NCBI GenBank assembly: GCA_964291315.2
Contig: OZ219753.1
Location: forward strand, 544,001 to 608,000
Direction: 5' to 3'
From: Candidatus Poribacteria bacterium
Lineage (GTDB): Bacteria > Poribacteria > WGA-4E > WGA-3G
Length of the DNA stretch: 64,000 nt
Shown here: positions 47,614 through 58,817 of the stretch, piece after piece
Position numbering within the stretch: position 1 is the stretch's first letter
How the letters are laid out: each line of letters opens with the position of its first letter
Program-made: the position numbers and the translations under genes
Notes under the pieces: model-generated
Databases searched by the model: none
Seen by the model: only the letters and a program-made list of their open reading frames with translations
Told to the model about the DNA's origin: nothing

Positions 47614-50600
47614 ATGCCGAAAATCAGTCTCAAACCTACTCATAAACCGCTCCGCGACTATTACGCCACGCTGCAGGCATACGACCAGCACGACATCAGA
47701 CATGAAGGCGCGGTGAGCTCTCCATTCGAGACACTCCTGCACGTCTGCGCGAAGCAGATGAAAGCGACGCTCATCCCGCAATATCAGATGCACGCCCCCA
47801 CCGGAAACCGCATCGTTATTGACGGCGCAATCTTGGACGAATACAGCCTGCCGCTCGCCTATTGGGAGGCAAAAGATATAGATGACGATCTCCCTAAAGC
47901 CGTTGAGGAGAAACGCGCGGCGGGGTATCCGCTCGACAACATCCTGTTCCAGAACCCACAGCGCGCTATTTTGTATCAGAACGGAGCAGAGGTGCTCTAT
48001 GTAGACATTACTGCCTCGGTCTCTCTGATCGCCGCTCTTGAATGTCTATTCGCTTATGTGCCGCCCGCACTGGAAAATTGGCAGTCGGCTGTCAACGACT
48101 TCAAGGAACATGTACCGGCTCTCGCAGGCAAGTTGAAAGAGCTCATTAACCAGCGACACGCGGTGGATACGGCATTCCAAACGGCGTTCGCTAACTTCTA
48201 TGAGACCTGCCGCACGACGATCAACCCCGAGCTCTCACGCGATGCCGTGGAGGAGATGCTGATCCAACACATCCTCACCGAACGGATCTTCCGCACGGTG
48301 TTTAATAATTCCGCCTTCACTCGTCGGAACATCATCGCCCGCGAGATTGAAAACGTGGTGGATAAACTGATCCGGCAAGCCTTCAGCAGGGAAGATTTTC
48401 TTGCACCCCTAGATCGTTTCTACAGCGCTATTGAGCAGGCGGCGGCACTCTGCAAAGACTTCTCACAGAAGCAGAGCTTCCTCAATACATTCTATGAGCA
48501 GTTCTTTCAAGGGTTCTCGGAGGATGTAGCGGACACACACGGCATCGTCTACACGCCGCAGCCGATCGTAGATTTCATGGTCAACAGCGTGCAGCATCTA
48601 TTAGAGACCGAGTTTGGCCGTTCGCTGTCGGATAGTGGTGTGCATATCATAGACCCGTTTGTCGGCACGGGCAACTTCATCGTCCGCCTCATGCAGGACA
48701 TTCAAGGCACTGCACTGGAGGCGAAATACCGCGAGGAGCTGCACTGCAACGAGGTGATGCTGTTGCCATATTATATCGCGAGTCTGAACATCGAGCAGGA
48801 ATACTTCCGTCGGACGGGTGCGTATCTGCCGTTTGAGGGTATCGTGCTGGCGGATACGTTCGAGCTGCTTGAGCAGGAGCAGGGCCAGCTCTTCACGCGC
48901 GAAAACACGGAGCGCGTAAAGCGGCAGAAGTCAGCGGACATGTTCGTGGTGATCGGCAATCCGCCCTATAACATGGGGCAGGCGAATGAGAACGACAACA
49001 ATAAGAATAGGAAGTATCCGCTCATGGACGCACGGGTTGCGGAGACGTATGCTAAGGACTCCGCGGCAACGAACCGAAATAAGCTCTACGATCCGTATGT
49101 GAAGGCGATCCGCTGGGCATCGGACCGGATTGGTGCAGAGGGGATGGTTGCCTTCGTGACGAACAACAGCCTCTTGGACGGGATTGCGTTTGACGGTATG
49201 CGCAAGCACCTTGCGGAAGATTTTGATGCGCTTTACGTTCTCGACTTGGGCGGAAATGCCCGGAAGGGATTAAAGGTCTCTGATGCCAATGTGTTTGGGA
49301 TCCGCGTAGGCGTGAGTATCAGTCTATTCGTGAAAAAGAGAGAACGTTCATCAGGGGAGCCGTGCATCTATTATTATCGCACGGATGAGATGTGGAATAG
49401 AGAGCAGAAGTTTGCGTTTCTGAATAAATGTCAGCATGTGGGCGGTGTTGCGTGGCAGCCTATTGAACCCGACGCGCGCCACACGTGGCTCACGACAGGG
49501 CTCCGTCCAGAATTTAGCAGTTTCATCCCGATGGGCAGCAAAGGCGCAAAATCGGCAAAAGGTGAGGTGACAGATGTCCTTTTCAAAACCTATAGCAACG
49601 GCGTGGTGACGGCTCGCGATGCATGGGTCTACAATTTCAACCAAAACGCCCTCGCTGAAAATATAAGCAGCATGATTGACACTTACAATGCAGAAGTGGC
49701 TCGATGGACGCAGCGGACAAATAGAGAGGTGAACGTTGATAATTTTCTGATTTCTGACGATATGAAGATTAAGTGGAGTTCCACGTTAAAGCAGAAACTA
49801 CAGAGCGGTCAGCTAGCGGCGTTTACAGATGCAAACGTCCGTTCCAGTCTTTATCGTCCCTTTACGAAATCCAATCTCTACTTTGATCGCATGATGAACC
49901 AGAGGGTAGGAGGATTCTCATCTATTTTTCCTAGACCAGAGACAGAAGCAGAGAATCGAGGCATTTGTGTCAGCCGTCCGGGCGCAAATTCACCTTTCCA
50001 TACGCTGATAGTTGACGCAATTCCAGATGATCATATTACAAGCGCTGCTCAATGTTTCCCTTTCTACATCTACGACGAAGACGGCACAAACCGCCGCGAA
50101 AATATCACCGATTGGGCATTGACAGAATTCCGCTCTCACTACAAAGGCGATAGCATCAGCAAATGGGACATCTTCCACTATACCTACGGGCTCCTGCACC
50201 ATCCCGACTACCGAGAGAAATATGAGGTGAACCTCAAGCGCGATCTGCCGCATATCCCGTTCGCGACAGACTTCTGGGCGGTCGCTACCGCAGGCGCACA
50301 ACTCACAGAGCTCCACATCAACTACGAAGCCGCACAGCAGTTCGAGCTAAAATACAGAGAAACGCCCGACACGCCGATAGACTGGCGCGTCGAGAAGATG
50401 AAGTTGTCTAAAGATAAGACACAGTTGAAATATAACGAGTTCTTGACGTTGGACGGTATTCCTGCCGAGGCGTTTGAATATCGGTTAGGCACTCGTTCGG
50501 CGTTGGAGTGGGTGATAGATCAGTATCGCGTCAAGACGCACAGTCGGAGTGGATTGGTCAACGATCCAAATCGTTCGGATGCGCCGCGGTATATTGTGGA

Positions 50601-50709
50601 TTTAGTGGCGCGCGTTATCAGTGTCAGTCTAAAGACGGTGGAGATTGTTAAGAGGTTGCCGGAATTGTCTTTAAACTCTAAGGGAAAAGATAAAACCGTT
50701 CGGATTTGA
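47614..50709 (+). CDS. single-chain type IIG/ISP-like restriction-modification enzyme (nuclease, N6-MTase, LlaBIII-like specificity domain)
   Basis: N-terminal IDG…WEAK nuclease motif, YTP, DPFVGTG, GNPPY, YRPF, SALEWVIDQY; no helicase motifs seen. Confidence 0.85.
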   Translation: MPKISLKPTHKPLRDYYATLQAYDQHDIRHEGAVSSPFETLLHVCAKQMKATLIPQYQMHAPTGNRIVIDGAILDEYSLPLAYWEAKDIDDDLPKAVEEKRAAGYPLDNILFQNPQRAILYQNGAEVLYVDITASVSLIAALECLFAYVPPALENWQSAVNDFKEHVPALAGKLKELINQRHAVDTAFQTAFANFYETCRTTINPELSRDAVEEMLIQHILTERIFRTVFNNSAFTRRNIIAREIENVVDKLIRQAFSREDFLAPLDRFYSAIEQAAALCKDFSQKQSFLNTFYEQFFQGFSEDVADTHGIVYTPQPIVDFMVNSVQHLLETEFGRSLSDSGVHIIDPFVGTGNFIVRLMQDIQGTALEAKYREELHCNEVMLLPYYIASLNIEQEYFRRTGAYLPFEGIVLADTFELLEQEQGQLFTRENTERVKRQKSADMFVVIGNPPYNMGQANENDNNKNRKYPLMDARVAETYAKDSAATNRNKLYDPYVKAIRWASDRIGAEGMVAFVTNNSLLDGIAFDGMRKHLAEDFDALYVLDLGGNARKGLKVSDANVFGIRVGVSISLFVKKRERSSGEPCIYYYRTDEMWNREQKFAFLNKCQHVGGVAWQPIEPDARHTWLTTGLRPEFSSFIPMGSKGAKSAKGEVTDVLFKTYSNGVVTARDAWVYNFNQNALAENISSMIDTYNAEVARWTQRTNREVNVDNFLISDDMKIKWSSTLKQKLQSGQLAAFTDANVRSSLYRPFTKSNLYFDRMMNQRVGGFSSIFPRPETEAENRGICVSRPGANSPFHTLIVDAIPDDHITSAAQCFPFYIYDEDGTNRRENITDWALTEFRSHYKGDSISKWDIFHYTYGLLHHPDYREKYEVNLKRDLPHIPFATDFWAVATAGAQLTELHINYEAAQQFELKYRETPDTPIDWRVEKMKLSKDKTQLKYNEFLTLDGIPAEAFEYRLGTRSALEWVIDQYRVKTHSRSGLVNDPNRSDAPRYIVDLVARVISVSLKTVEIVKRLPELSLNSKGKDKTVRI

Positions 50710-50713
50710 GAAC

Positions 50714-52147
50714 ATGCCACAAGACTCTCAAGAACATTGGTATGACCTTACCTTGATGGATACCAAGATCGGTTACATGCACATATCTGCTGAGAAAACA
50801 CTGTATCAAGGTGAACAGATGATTCGGTACAAAAGCGATATCGTTATGAATCTTAAGGCACTTAGAACCGACCTAGTACTTGAAATTACCAATATCGAAT
50901 ACGTCGACGCTGATTTAATACTGCGCTACTTCCTTCATACCTCTAACCTGTCGGGTTTAAAGCAGGCGGAAGGCCGGATTTCAGATGGCACTGCCTATGT
51001 TAAGACAACATTTAACAGTGAAACCACTGAATCAGAAATCACTGTGCCGCCGGATACAATTTCTCAATCAACGGGCGTGGAGTCTTTGCTGTCTCAAGAG
51101 GGGCTTAAAATAGGTGATAAACGGGTGTTTCACGTGTTTAGTTTCGACTTAATGAAGCCCGTGAGGGTGGAAATTGAGGTTGTAGGACAAGATACCTTAA
51201 CCTATCAATCAATGGAAAGACAGGTTTACGTTTTGGCGGGTAGACTGGATGTCATGGGTGGTACGGCTCTGAAACAGTGGATATCTCCAGACGGTGTAAA
51301 TTACCGCACCGAAACGGTATTGATGGGAGTGTCTCAAGTAGCCACGAAAACGAACAAGGAAACTGCACCTGACGATATTGAAGAAGTTGACCTCATTCTA
51401 AAGACCCGAATCCTTCCCGCTGGGAAACGTCCGAATCCAAAAGCAGAGCATCTTGAGGCAGATGTGAGACTGACCACGGGCAACATCGCTGAAGCGGTTA
51501 GGTCGGGTCCTCAACAGAAATTGGTGTTAAGTGGTGCGCGGTCAGGTAGACTCTCTATCCAGGTACCAACGGTTGTTGCCGAAAGCTGTCCTGAACTCCC
51601 AATTCAGAATGCAGAAAGCGAATTTCTCGATGCAAGTGCTTATATCCAAGCTGCCCATCCCGACATCGATGTGAAAGCCAAGGAAATCTTGGTAGGCGAA
51701 GTTAATTCATGGCGCGCGGCGGAAAAATTGTGTCAATGGGTTTATAAATCCATTATAGATAAAAGCGTTAGGGCTGGATTCAGTTCGGCCTTAGATACAT
51801 TAGCTTCACTCACAGGGGATTGCACAGAACACACTGTGCTATTTATTGCTTTGGCACGCGCCGTCGGTATTCCGGCTCGAATCTGTTCCGGGCTTGTATT
51901 TTCAAAAGATGCTTTCTACTACCACTTCTGGCCCGAAGTCTACGTGGGCAGATGGGTCCAGATGGATCCGACATTAGGTCAGAGTATCGCGGACGCGAAT
52001 CATATTCAACTCTGCGGAGGGTTATTAGAGTCAGATACAATAATGGAATTTGCTGAAGGTGTTTACCGAACCCTCAATCGTCTTGAGATTGTTGTTATTG
52101 ACGGAGCTCTCTCCGCACCAAAGGGCGTTGGAAAAGCTTACCAATAG
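50714..52147 (+). CDS. transglutaminase-like domain protein
   Basis: GDCTEH…RAVGIPAR…HFWPEVY…MDPT gives the Cys-His-Asp triad. Confidence 0.88.
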   Translation: MPQDSQEHWYDLTLMDTKIGYMHISAEKTLYQGEQMIRYKSDIVMNLKALRTDLVLEITNIEYVDADLILRYFLHTSNLSGLKQAEGRISDGTAYVKTTFNSETTESEITVPPDTISQSTGVESLLSQEGLKIGDKRVFHVFSFDLMKPVRVEIEVVGQDTLTYQSMERQVYVLAGRLDVMGGTALKQWISPDGVNYRTETVLMGVSQVATKTNKETAPDDIEEVDLILKTRILPAGKRPNPKAEHLEADVRLTTGNIAEAVRSGPQQKLVLSGARSGRLSIQVPTVVAESCPELPIQNAESEFLDASAYIQAAHPDIDVKAKEILVGEVNSWRAAEKLCQWVYKSIIDKSVRAGFSSALDTLASLTGDCTEHTVLFIALARAVGIPARICSGLVFSKDAFYYHFWPEVYVGRWVQMDPTLGQSIADANHIQLCGGLLESDTIMEFAEGVYRTLNRLEIVVIDGALSAPKGVGKAYQ

Positions 52148-52210
52148 TGTTGTAATTCTACTAAAATACATTTCTCTTCTTCACCCTATAGTGCAAGGAT
52201 AAAACTAAAG

Positions 52211-54490
52211 TTGGCCTTTCTTAATCCGCTTTTTCTTTTCGGTCTTCTCGCTGCTGGCATTCCGTTAATTATACACCTTTGGAACCGGCGGCGTGTCCTG
52301 ACAATCGATTTTAGCAGTCTTATGTTCCTCACGGCGGCCCATCGTGAAAATGCCCGCCGGTTCCAGCTCCGACAACTCCTCATTTTACTTCTACGGATGG
52401 CAATCCTTACACTTATTGCCCTCGCTTTGGCACGCCCATTTTTGACACTTGGATTGCCGCTTGCTTCCATGCGTGCGAAAACCGATGTGGTCCTTGTTTT
52501 AGATAATTCTTACAGCATGGCGTATCAAGACGTAGACGGTGTGAGGTTTGAGAAAGCGAAAATTCTGACAACCGATATTCTTGATACATTGCGGTCCGGT
52601 GATAGGGCTGCATTTATATTAATGTCTGATAACCCGAAACCTGTTTTCCGGCAATTCACGCCGGACATTGAAAGCGTCAGGGCAGCGATCAACGAAGCTG
52701 CGATCTCTTATCGGACGACGAACGTTCAACCGAGCTTTGAGCTTGCTCACGAAATTCTTGCCGATTCTGAGCAATTGAACAAAGAGCTTTATCTCATTTC
52801 GGACTTTGCCCAGAATGGATGGAAAAACTGGAGTCGGATTCCGAATCGATCAGGTGCTCACATTTCTCTGATTCCTGTTGCCGAAAATGAGGCACATAAC
52901 GTAAGTATTGAAGAAATTCGTCCCTCTAATCAACTAATAGGTGTGAATTTGCTGCTTCAATTGAATGTACGTATCGCCAATCATTCGGCTGCACCTTTAG
53001 CAGAGAATATATTGGCTCTGTTTATTGGAGATGAGAAGCAAAAAACCGTGAACGTTTCATTCGATCACGCGGACAAAACATTAAATACTATTTTAACACT
53101 CAACTTTTCTACGCCCGGCACACATGTTGGTTATCTTACACTAACAGAAGATCGGCTTAATATTGACAACCGACGCTATTTCGCTTTCGATGTTATCGGT
53201 GAAGTGCGAGTACTCTGTGTAGGAGAGCAGACCGAACACTTAATGTTAGCACTAAACCCAAATAATTTGGGTAGCCCTCTGCCGGTCATTAGGAGCGGTG
53301 TTCCCGAGGATGTGCGTCAACATGAAAGAAAAGCGGGCGGTTTGATGATTATCTCCACGGAGTGTACACCTGCTGAGTTCGAGATGTTTCCATTGGAAGA
53401 CTACGATGTTGTTATCCTTGCAGACGTGCCGAAGATTTCCTCCCAGATCGGCACACAACTTCAAGAATTTATCCATCATGGCAAAAGTGTTATAATTTTT
53501 GCAAGTAGCCAGAGCGACATAACAAGTTACAATGAAGTCAGTAATACTTGGCTGCCCGCTGAATTGGGTGACACATTGACATGGACACCCCCACAGCAGA
53601 TTGGTACCTACCAAGTCTCGCATCCTATTTTTGATATTTTCCCGAGCGGCGGATTCTCTACGCAGTACGCCCCACAATTTTACAACGGCTTGACTTTGCG
53701 ACCAACTCCTGGATCGGAGGTGATTGCCCGCTTCAATAATGCCACCCCGTTTCTCGTTGAACGAATTCGCGGGACAAGTGCCGTGCTACTTTATAATTGC
53801 GGATTATTCACGCAACAGGGGGGGGTTGCTACCGAAAACGGGACATCTGCTGGTACCCCGAGATGGACAAATGATCTATTTGTTAATCCATATTTCCTCC
53901 CGATGCTCCAACAGAGCGTCCTTTACACCGCTGTGGCAAGCAGTAATTCAACATGGCTCGGACATGTTGGCGACACCTATACAGCGTATTATCCTCGCAG
54001 CGCAGGCGGGAAGGCCTCTATTCGTTTAATAGCTGACAACCGTCAGCCGAGGGCCGTCGGCCAAGAGCAATCTGCGGTGGCAGATCGTGCACAACCGCTA
54101 CAAACTCCGAAGCCCGAGGATCACTCCACAGTGGTACCTATCGATGAAGACGGTAAACTTCGATTTCAAGGCACAGAACGTCCGGGCATCTATGAAATTG
54201 AGGTGCAAACGCAAGGCAGAATTCAGCGAGATTTTTTTTCAGTTAACGTTGATGCCAACGAAGCCGATTTAGCGCAGATTCCACTCCAACAGGCAGCGTC
54301 ACGAGTTGGTGCCCAAACAAAAGCGACCGATAAAACCGAAGGGGCAGCGGCGACAGGGGCCCCTTACGAGGTCAGAAGACACGGTAGAGAAATCTGGGGT
54401 GAATTGCTTATCATAGCCGTTTGTCTTCTGATGCTCGAAGGTTTTCTTTCAAATCGAGAAGGGGTGCTGGCTGCAGGTGAAAAACAATGA
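52211..54490 (+). CDS. BatA-like N-terminal domain and vWA membrane protein
   Basis: FLNPLFL…IPLIIHL…LARP, DNSYSM MIDAS motif, C-terminal TM segment. Confidence 0.85.
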   Translation: MAFLNPLFLFGLLAAGIPLIIHLWNRRRVLTIDFSSLMFLTAAHRENARRFQLRQLLILLLRMAILTLIALALARPFLTLGLPLASMRAKTDVVLVLDNSYSMAYQDVDGVRFEKAKILTTDILDTLRSGDRAAFILMSDNPKPVFRQFTPDIESVRAAINEAAISYRTTNVQPSFELAHEILADSEQLNKELYLISDFAQNGWKNWSRIPNRSGAHISLIPVAENEAHNVSIEEIRPSNQLIGVNLLLQLNVRIANHSAAPLAENILALFIGDEKQKTVNVSFDHADKTLNTILTLNFSTPGTHVGYLTLTEDRLNIDNRRYFAFDVIGEVRVLCVGEQTEHLMLALNPNNLGSPLPVIRSGVPEDVRQHERKAGGLMIISTECTPAEFEMFPLEDYDVVILADVPKISSQIGTQLQEFIHHGKSVIIFASSQSDITSYNEVSNTWLPAELGDTLTWTPPQQIGTYQVSHPIFDIFPSGGFSTQYAPQFYNGLTLRPTPGSEVIARFNNATPFLVERIRGTSAVLLYNCGLFTQQGGVATENGTSAGTPRWTNDLFVNPYFLPMLQQSVLYTAVASSNSTWLGHVGDTYTAYYPRSAGGKASIRLIADNRQPRAVGQEQSAVADRAQPLQTPKPEDHSTVVPIDEDGKLRFQGTERPGIYEIEVQTQGRIQRDFFSVNVDANEADLAQIPLQQAASRVGAQTKATDKTEGAAATGAPYEVRRHGREIWGELLIIAVCLLMLEGFLSNREGVLAAGEKQ

Positions 54491-56481
54491 CAGGTTTTTG
54501 GTATGTTGCGCGATCGTTTCAGATGTTGCGCTTAATTGCGCTATTTAGTATAGGTGCGCAAGTTGAAATTCTACCGGCATCCGCTGATTTAAAAGTATTA
54601 GAAGTAAGGTCAGTCTTAGAGAAAAATATACAGAATTTAGCAGATGAAGCGAATATTGTACGTAGCCTCGTAATCAGTGGAAATGGTTCATTTTCGGATG
54701 AACAAATTCGTGCATTGATGCAGACGGATGTATCGAGTGTTTACGATGAAAGCGTTTTAAAGGCGGATTTTAAGGCGGTTACGCGTTTCTATCAAGAGAA
54801 CGGTTATCGGTTTGCGCGTATCGTTGAAGAACAGCTCTCCGTGAAGAAATTCGCAGATGGTATTTATCTCGGTGTTGAAATTGATGAAGGTAGCATCGGG
54901 CGGATTCTCGTAAGCGGTAATATACAGACAAAGGAAGAGATAATTTACCGCGAACTCCTGTTTGCAAAGGGTGATATCTATACTGAAGCGGACAGAGAAG
55001 AGAGCGAACAGATTCTCCGGCGTAAGACGTATATTGGTGCCGCAAAAGTTGAAGCACAGTGGGATGAACTATCAAAAACTGTTATCATTCATGTGAGCAT
55101 TACAGAACTTTTGTCTTTCCCGCTCGGGGCGGATCTGAATATGAACAGCCAGAAAAGGTACTGGATGCTACAATTTCGGGATCCAAACTTATTCGGGTCG
55201 GGTCAAAGTACTTTATGGCGTTACGAAAGGATTAGCGAAATCGGTGAAAGGGCGCGGAGTCTTGTGAGAGGTAAATATTCTAACCCCCGCCTCTTCAATT
55301 CACATTGGAATTTTGATGGTGAATATATCCAGAGGCAAAATGGTGACGCTTTATTTGTGTCGTTAGATCGCCCGCAATACACATTAAAAAGTCTATGGAG
55401 TGCAAGTGTGCGTTTCTCTGAATCGGTGAATCCTATATCTTGGTACGAGAATGGAAGTGAAACTGATAGCTTTGAGCAAAATCTACAAAGCTCTTCTGCA
55501 AATGTCCAGCGATATTTCGGGGACAGACACCAACAAACTTATATAGGACTATGGGCGACTTCACGACGTTTGAAATATGTGCTACTTAACAAATCAGTCG
55601 AATCTGGAGCAATGTTGGAGGAACGTGATGTAAAACGGATTGGCTTTACGGTCGGTAGAAAACACACAGCGTACCACAAGACTCGGTTCCTCCAGCGCAT
55701 GGGGCAAGAAGAGAATTTTCTTGTTGGTGCCCAATACGCACTCTCTCTCGGATATTCTTCGCCACTATATGCCTCTGACCGATCAGAATCTTATGCTGAA
55801 CTAGCTATCGGGTCGGGATGGATGAAAGACAATCGGTTTTTCGGTCTTACAACAGTAGCAATTAACACAAACTTGACAAGTCGCATCGAACGGTCTGTTC
55901 TGCAAGCACGGACCTCTTGGTTTTATACAGATGTATTTAATACCGGTGATATCTATACGCTTGAGTCCGGTTTTAGAAGGAACGGGCTCCTTGATTTTCA
56001 TCAGACGTTTGTTGCACAGCTAACAACAGAGATGCAGTTTGGCTGGAGTCGGCGGAGCCAGGTCCTTTTGGGTGCCTTTAACGGTCTGCGCGGTTATGAC
56101 TATAGACAATTCGATGGAGAGAAGATGATCCTGTTGAATCTTGAAAGTCGAACCGTATTTGGTGGAACAATTTTCCACAAAATGGACGAAGCACTCGCGG
56201 CGGTTGCGACATTCATGGCAAGCCCGTTCATCGATAGACCAGTCCATCTCGGAGTCATATTAAGCGGTGTCGTATTTGCCAATATTGGATATATTTGGAA
56301 CGGAAAGAACCCTTTCGATTTGACAGTACCAAAGCGGAGCGTGGGATTTGGGCTGCGGAGCAGTCTATCTCAATTCAGTGGCACTGGCATTATTCGGTTA
56401 GAATTCGCATTTCCTCTTGATCCTCCGTTCAGGCCATCGCTTAGACCACGGATTTTCTATGGTCAGGAACGCCCGTTTTAA
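54487..56481 (+). CDS. Omp85 (BamA/TamA-like) outer membrane protein with POTRA domains
   Basis: ISGN…YQENGY and VSGN…IYREL POTRA units, NLFGSG, LRGY…F, VGFGLR, terminal Phe. Confidence 0.8.
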   Translation: MTGFWYVARSFQMLRLIALFSIGAQVEILPASADLKVLEVRSVLEKNIQNLADEANIVRSLVISGNGSFSDEQIRALMQTDVSSVYDESVLKADFKAVTRFYQENGYRFARIVEEQLSVKKFADGIYLGVEIDEGSIGRILVSGNIQTKEEIIYRELLFAKGDIYTEADREESEQILRRKTYIGAAKVEAQWDELSKTVIIHVSITELLSFPLGADLNMNSQKRYWMLQFRDPNLFGSGQSTLWRYERISEIGERARSLVRGKYSNPRLFNSHWNFDGEYIQRQNGDALFVSLDRPQYTLKSLWSASVRFSESVNPISWYENGSETDSFEQNLQSSSANVQRYFGDRHQQTYIGLWATSRRLKYVLLNKSVESGAMLEERDVKRIGFTVGRKHTAYHKTRFLQRMGQEENFLVGAQYALSLGYSSPLYASDRSESYAELAIGSGWMKDNRFFGLTTVAINTNLTSRIERSVLQARTSWFYTDVFNTGDIYTLESGFRRNGLLDFHQTFVAQLTTEMQFGWSRRSQVLLGAFNGLRGYDYRQFDGEKMILLNLESRTVFGGTIFHKMDEALAAVATFMASPFIDRPVHLGVILSGVVFANIGYIWNGKNPFDLTVPKRSVGFGLRSSLSQFSGTGIIRLEFAFPLDPPFRPSLRPRIFYGQERPF

Positions 56482-58389
56482 ATGGATACTTCCTCCCGCA
56501 CATCAACCGAAAATATTACATGGCGAGCTATTCTGTTAGGGACGCTGGCGCTCCCGCTCAACATTTACCTCGTTGTTCAGACAGAGACAGTTTGGACAAC
56601 ACAGTACCCTACTACGATGGCTATTTTCTTCAACGCCATTTTTACGCTCTTCCTCATTGCAATTTCCAACCTGCTCTTAACACGTTATCTCCCGAAATGG
56701 CAGCTCACACAAGCAGAAATGCTGACAGTCTATCTCATGGTAACCTTGGCATGCGTCGTCTGTGGACACGACCTCTTGCAAGCAACGACGTGTGTTTTAG
56801 GGCATGCAGCGTGGTTCGCCACACCAGAGAATGAATGGCAGACGCTCTTCTTTCGTTACATTCCAGACTGGATTGCTGTAATGAATCGGCGCGCCTTAAC
56901 CGGCTACTACGAAGGCACCTCAAATCTATTTGAGATGGAGCATATTCAAGCATGGCTCACACCGGTGCTAGCTTGGCTCGTATTTTTCTCCGCGCTGGCG
57001 TTCTCTATGATGATGCTGAGCGTGATTCTTCGTAAACAGTGGATTGAACACGAAAAGCTAAGTTACCCGATCATCTTGCTTCCTTATGAAATGACGAAGC
57101 ACACTGATTTCTACCGAAATCGATTGATCTGGATAGGTTTTGCTATCGGCTGTGGGATCGATTTGATCAACGGCATTAGTTTTCTCTACCCTTATATACC
57201 GAGTATTCCGATTCGCCACGACATTGGAAACTTATTCACAGAGAAACCGTTGAGTGCTATCGGATCAACGCCTATCCACCTAAACCCTTATGCCATTGGG
57301 CTAGGTTTCTTAATGCCGTTAGATTTGTCGCTCTCTTGTTGGTTGTTTTACCTTTTTTGGAAAGCACAACTTGTCTTTGGTGCAATGACAGGTCTGAATC
57401 AGACACCGGGTTATCCACATATTGACATGCAGTCTACGGGGGCGTACTTCGGACTCTGTTTCTTCGCTCTTTGGATAACACATAAACACCTCTGGCAGGT
57501 TGTTTGCAATATCTTAGGGTTGAAAACGAGCCTCGACATGACCAATGAACCGATCGGATACCGGAGCGCGTGTGTCGGTTTTTTGATCGGTATTGCAGTG
57601 GTATTCGGATTTTGCCTGAAGGCCGGGATGTCATGGTGGGCGGTACTTGGGTTCTTCAGTATCCAATTCATACTTGTTTTAGCGTTCACCCGGATGCGTG
57701 CTGAACTTGGAACCCCTACGATGGATTTTTATCGTGCCGGTCCAGGGCTCTTTCTTACTTCGCTTGTTGGATCCAGGAAAATTGGGCCTGCAACGTTGAC
57801 AGGCTTTGCCTTTCTTTACGGTTTCACCCGCAACTACCGCTCACAACCGATGCCGAACCAATTGGAAGGTTTTAAACTTGCTGACAGAAGCAGCATTAGC
57901 TCACGCCAAATTCTTTGGGTGATGTGGGGCGCGACAGTAATTGGAATGGCTATCGGGTTTGTTGCCTTCCTTCAAGCCGGTTACCGACATGGAAACCTGG
58001 GAACATGGCGCGGACAGGAGGCTTTCAGCGATCTACAACGCTGGTTAACTCTTCCAAACGACACAGATTGGGGACGTCTCGGATTTTTTGGATTCGGTAC
58101 CACTCTAACACTCACGACGCTTTTTATGCGTTTGCGGTTTATCTGGTGGCAGCTGCATCCGCTTGCCTACCCGCTTGCAGGGAATTGGAACTTCGGTAGA
58201 CTCTGGTTTCCAATATTTCTGGCATGGGCGCTAAAATCCATACTGATTCGCCATGGCGGAATCGGTACGTATCGCCGAACACTACCCCTGTTTTTAGGAA
58301 CAATGCTCGGCGAATTTGTGATGGGAAGCATCTGGGCAATTTTAGGACTCTCTCTCGGACAACGGATGTATTCATTCAAACACTGGTGA
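56482..58389 (+). CDS. multi-pass membrane protein (DUF6785/DUF6784), paralog of 29661..31586
   Basis: ATPENEW, RKQWIEHEKLSYP, RMRAELG, WWQLHPLAY, PLFLG. Confidence 0.75.
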   Translation: MDTSSRTSTENITWRAILLGTLALPLNIYLVVQTETVWTTQYPTTMAIFFNAIFTLFLIAISNLLLTRYLPKWQLTQAEMLTVYLMVTLACVVCGHDLLQATTCVLGHAAWFATPENEWQTLFFRYIPDWIAVMNRRALTGYYEGTSNLFEMEHIQAWLTPVLAWLVFFSALAFSMMMLSVILRKQWIEHEKLSYPIILLPYEMTKHTDFYRNRLIWIGFAIGCGIDLINGISFLYPYIPSIPIRHDIGNLFTEKPLSAIGSTPIHLNPYAIGLGFLMPLDLSLSCWLFYLFWKAQLVFGAMTGLNQTPGYPHIDMQSTGAYFGLCFFALWITHKHLWQVVCNILGLKTSLDMTNEPIGYRSACVGFLIGIAVVFGFCLKAGMSWWAVLGFFSIQFILVLAFTRMRAELGTPTMDFYRAGPGLFLTSLVGSRKIGPATLTGFAFLYGFTRNYRSQPMPNQLEGFKLADRSSISSRQILWVMWGATVIGMAIGFVAFLQAGYRHGNLGTWRGQEAFSDLQRWLTLPNDTDWGRLGFFGFGTTLTLTTLFMRLRFIWWQLHPLAYPLAGNWNFGRLWFPIFLAWALKSILIRHGGIGTYRRTLPLFLGTMLGEFVMGSIWAILGLSLGQRMYSFKHW

Positions 58390-58817
58390 TAATATCTACC
58401 TTTTAATCTTGAAATGCGTTTAATTCCTCGCACTTTGTAAGCAGAGATCTCCGCCCGAGGCCTGTAATTTCAGCTAGTTTTGGCATGTCCGTCAATCGCG
58501 ATGCCCAGAGTGAGTTCAACAGTTATATTGCCCCTCGACATGTTAAAACTACATTCATCTCGGAGCTGCTCCCTTGCCCACAACATGTACCTCATCCGTT
58601 AGGGCTGTCTAACAGTCAATAGTAAAAAAACAGCCCAGTACTGAGAGGGAAGTAGTTAACGTAACAGAGCGATTGATAAGACTCCTCAACGTTTTTCTCT
58701 CAGGTTTCTGCTAAAGGACAGGTTCCGTTGAGCCTTATTATTTGCTGTACCTATATGCTACCGAACAGGCAAACATAAGCTGAAAAAGCGCAACAGCTTT
58801 TCCCAACATCCGTTTTT

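Noticed and set aside
58640-58725. Glycine riboswitch (ctctcagg…aaggac)
   Set aside because: Lacks the GCCGAAG core and lies between convergent genes
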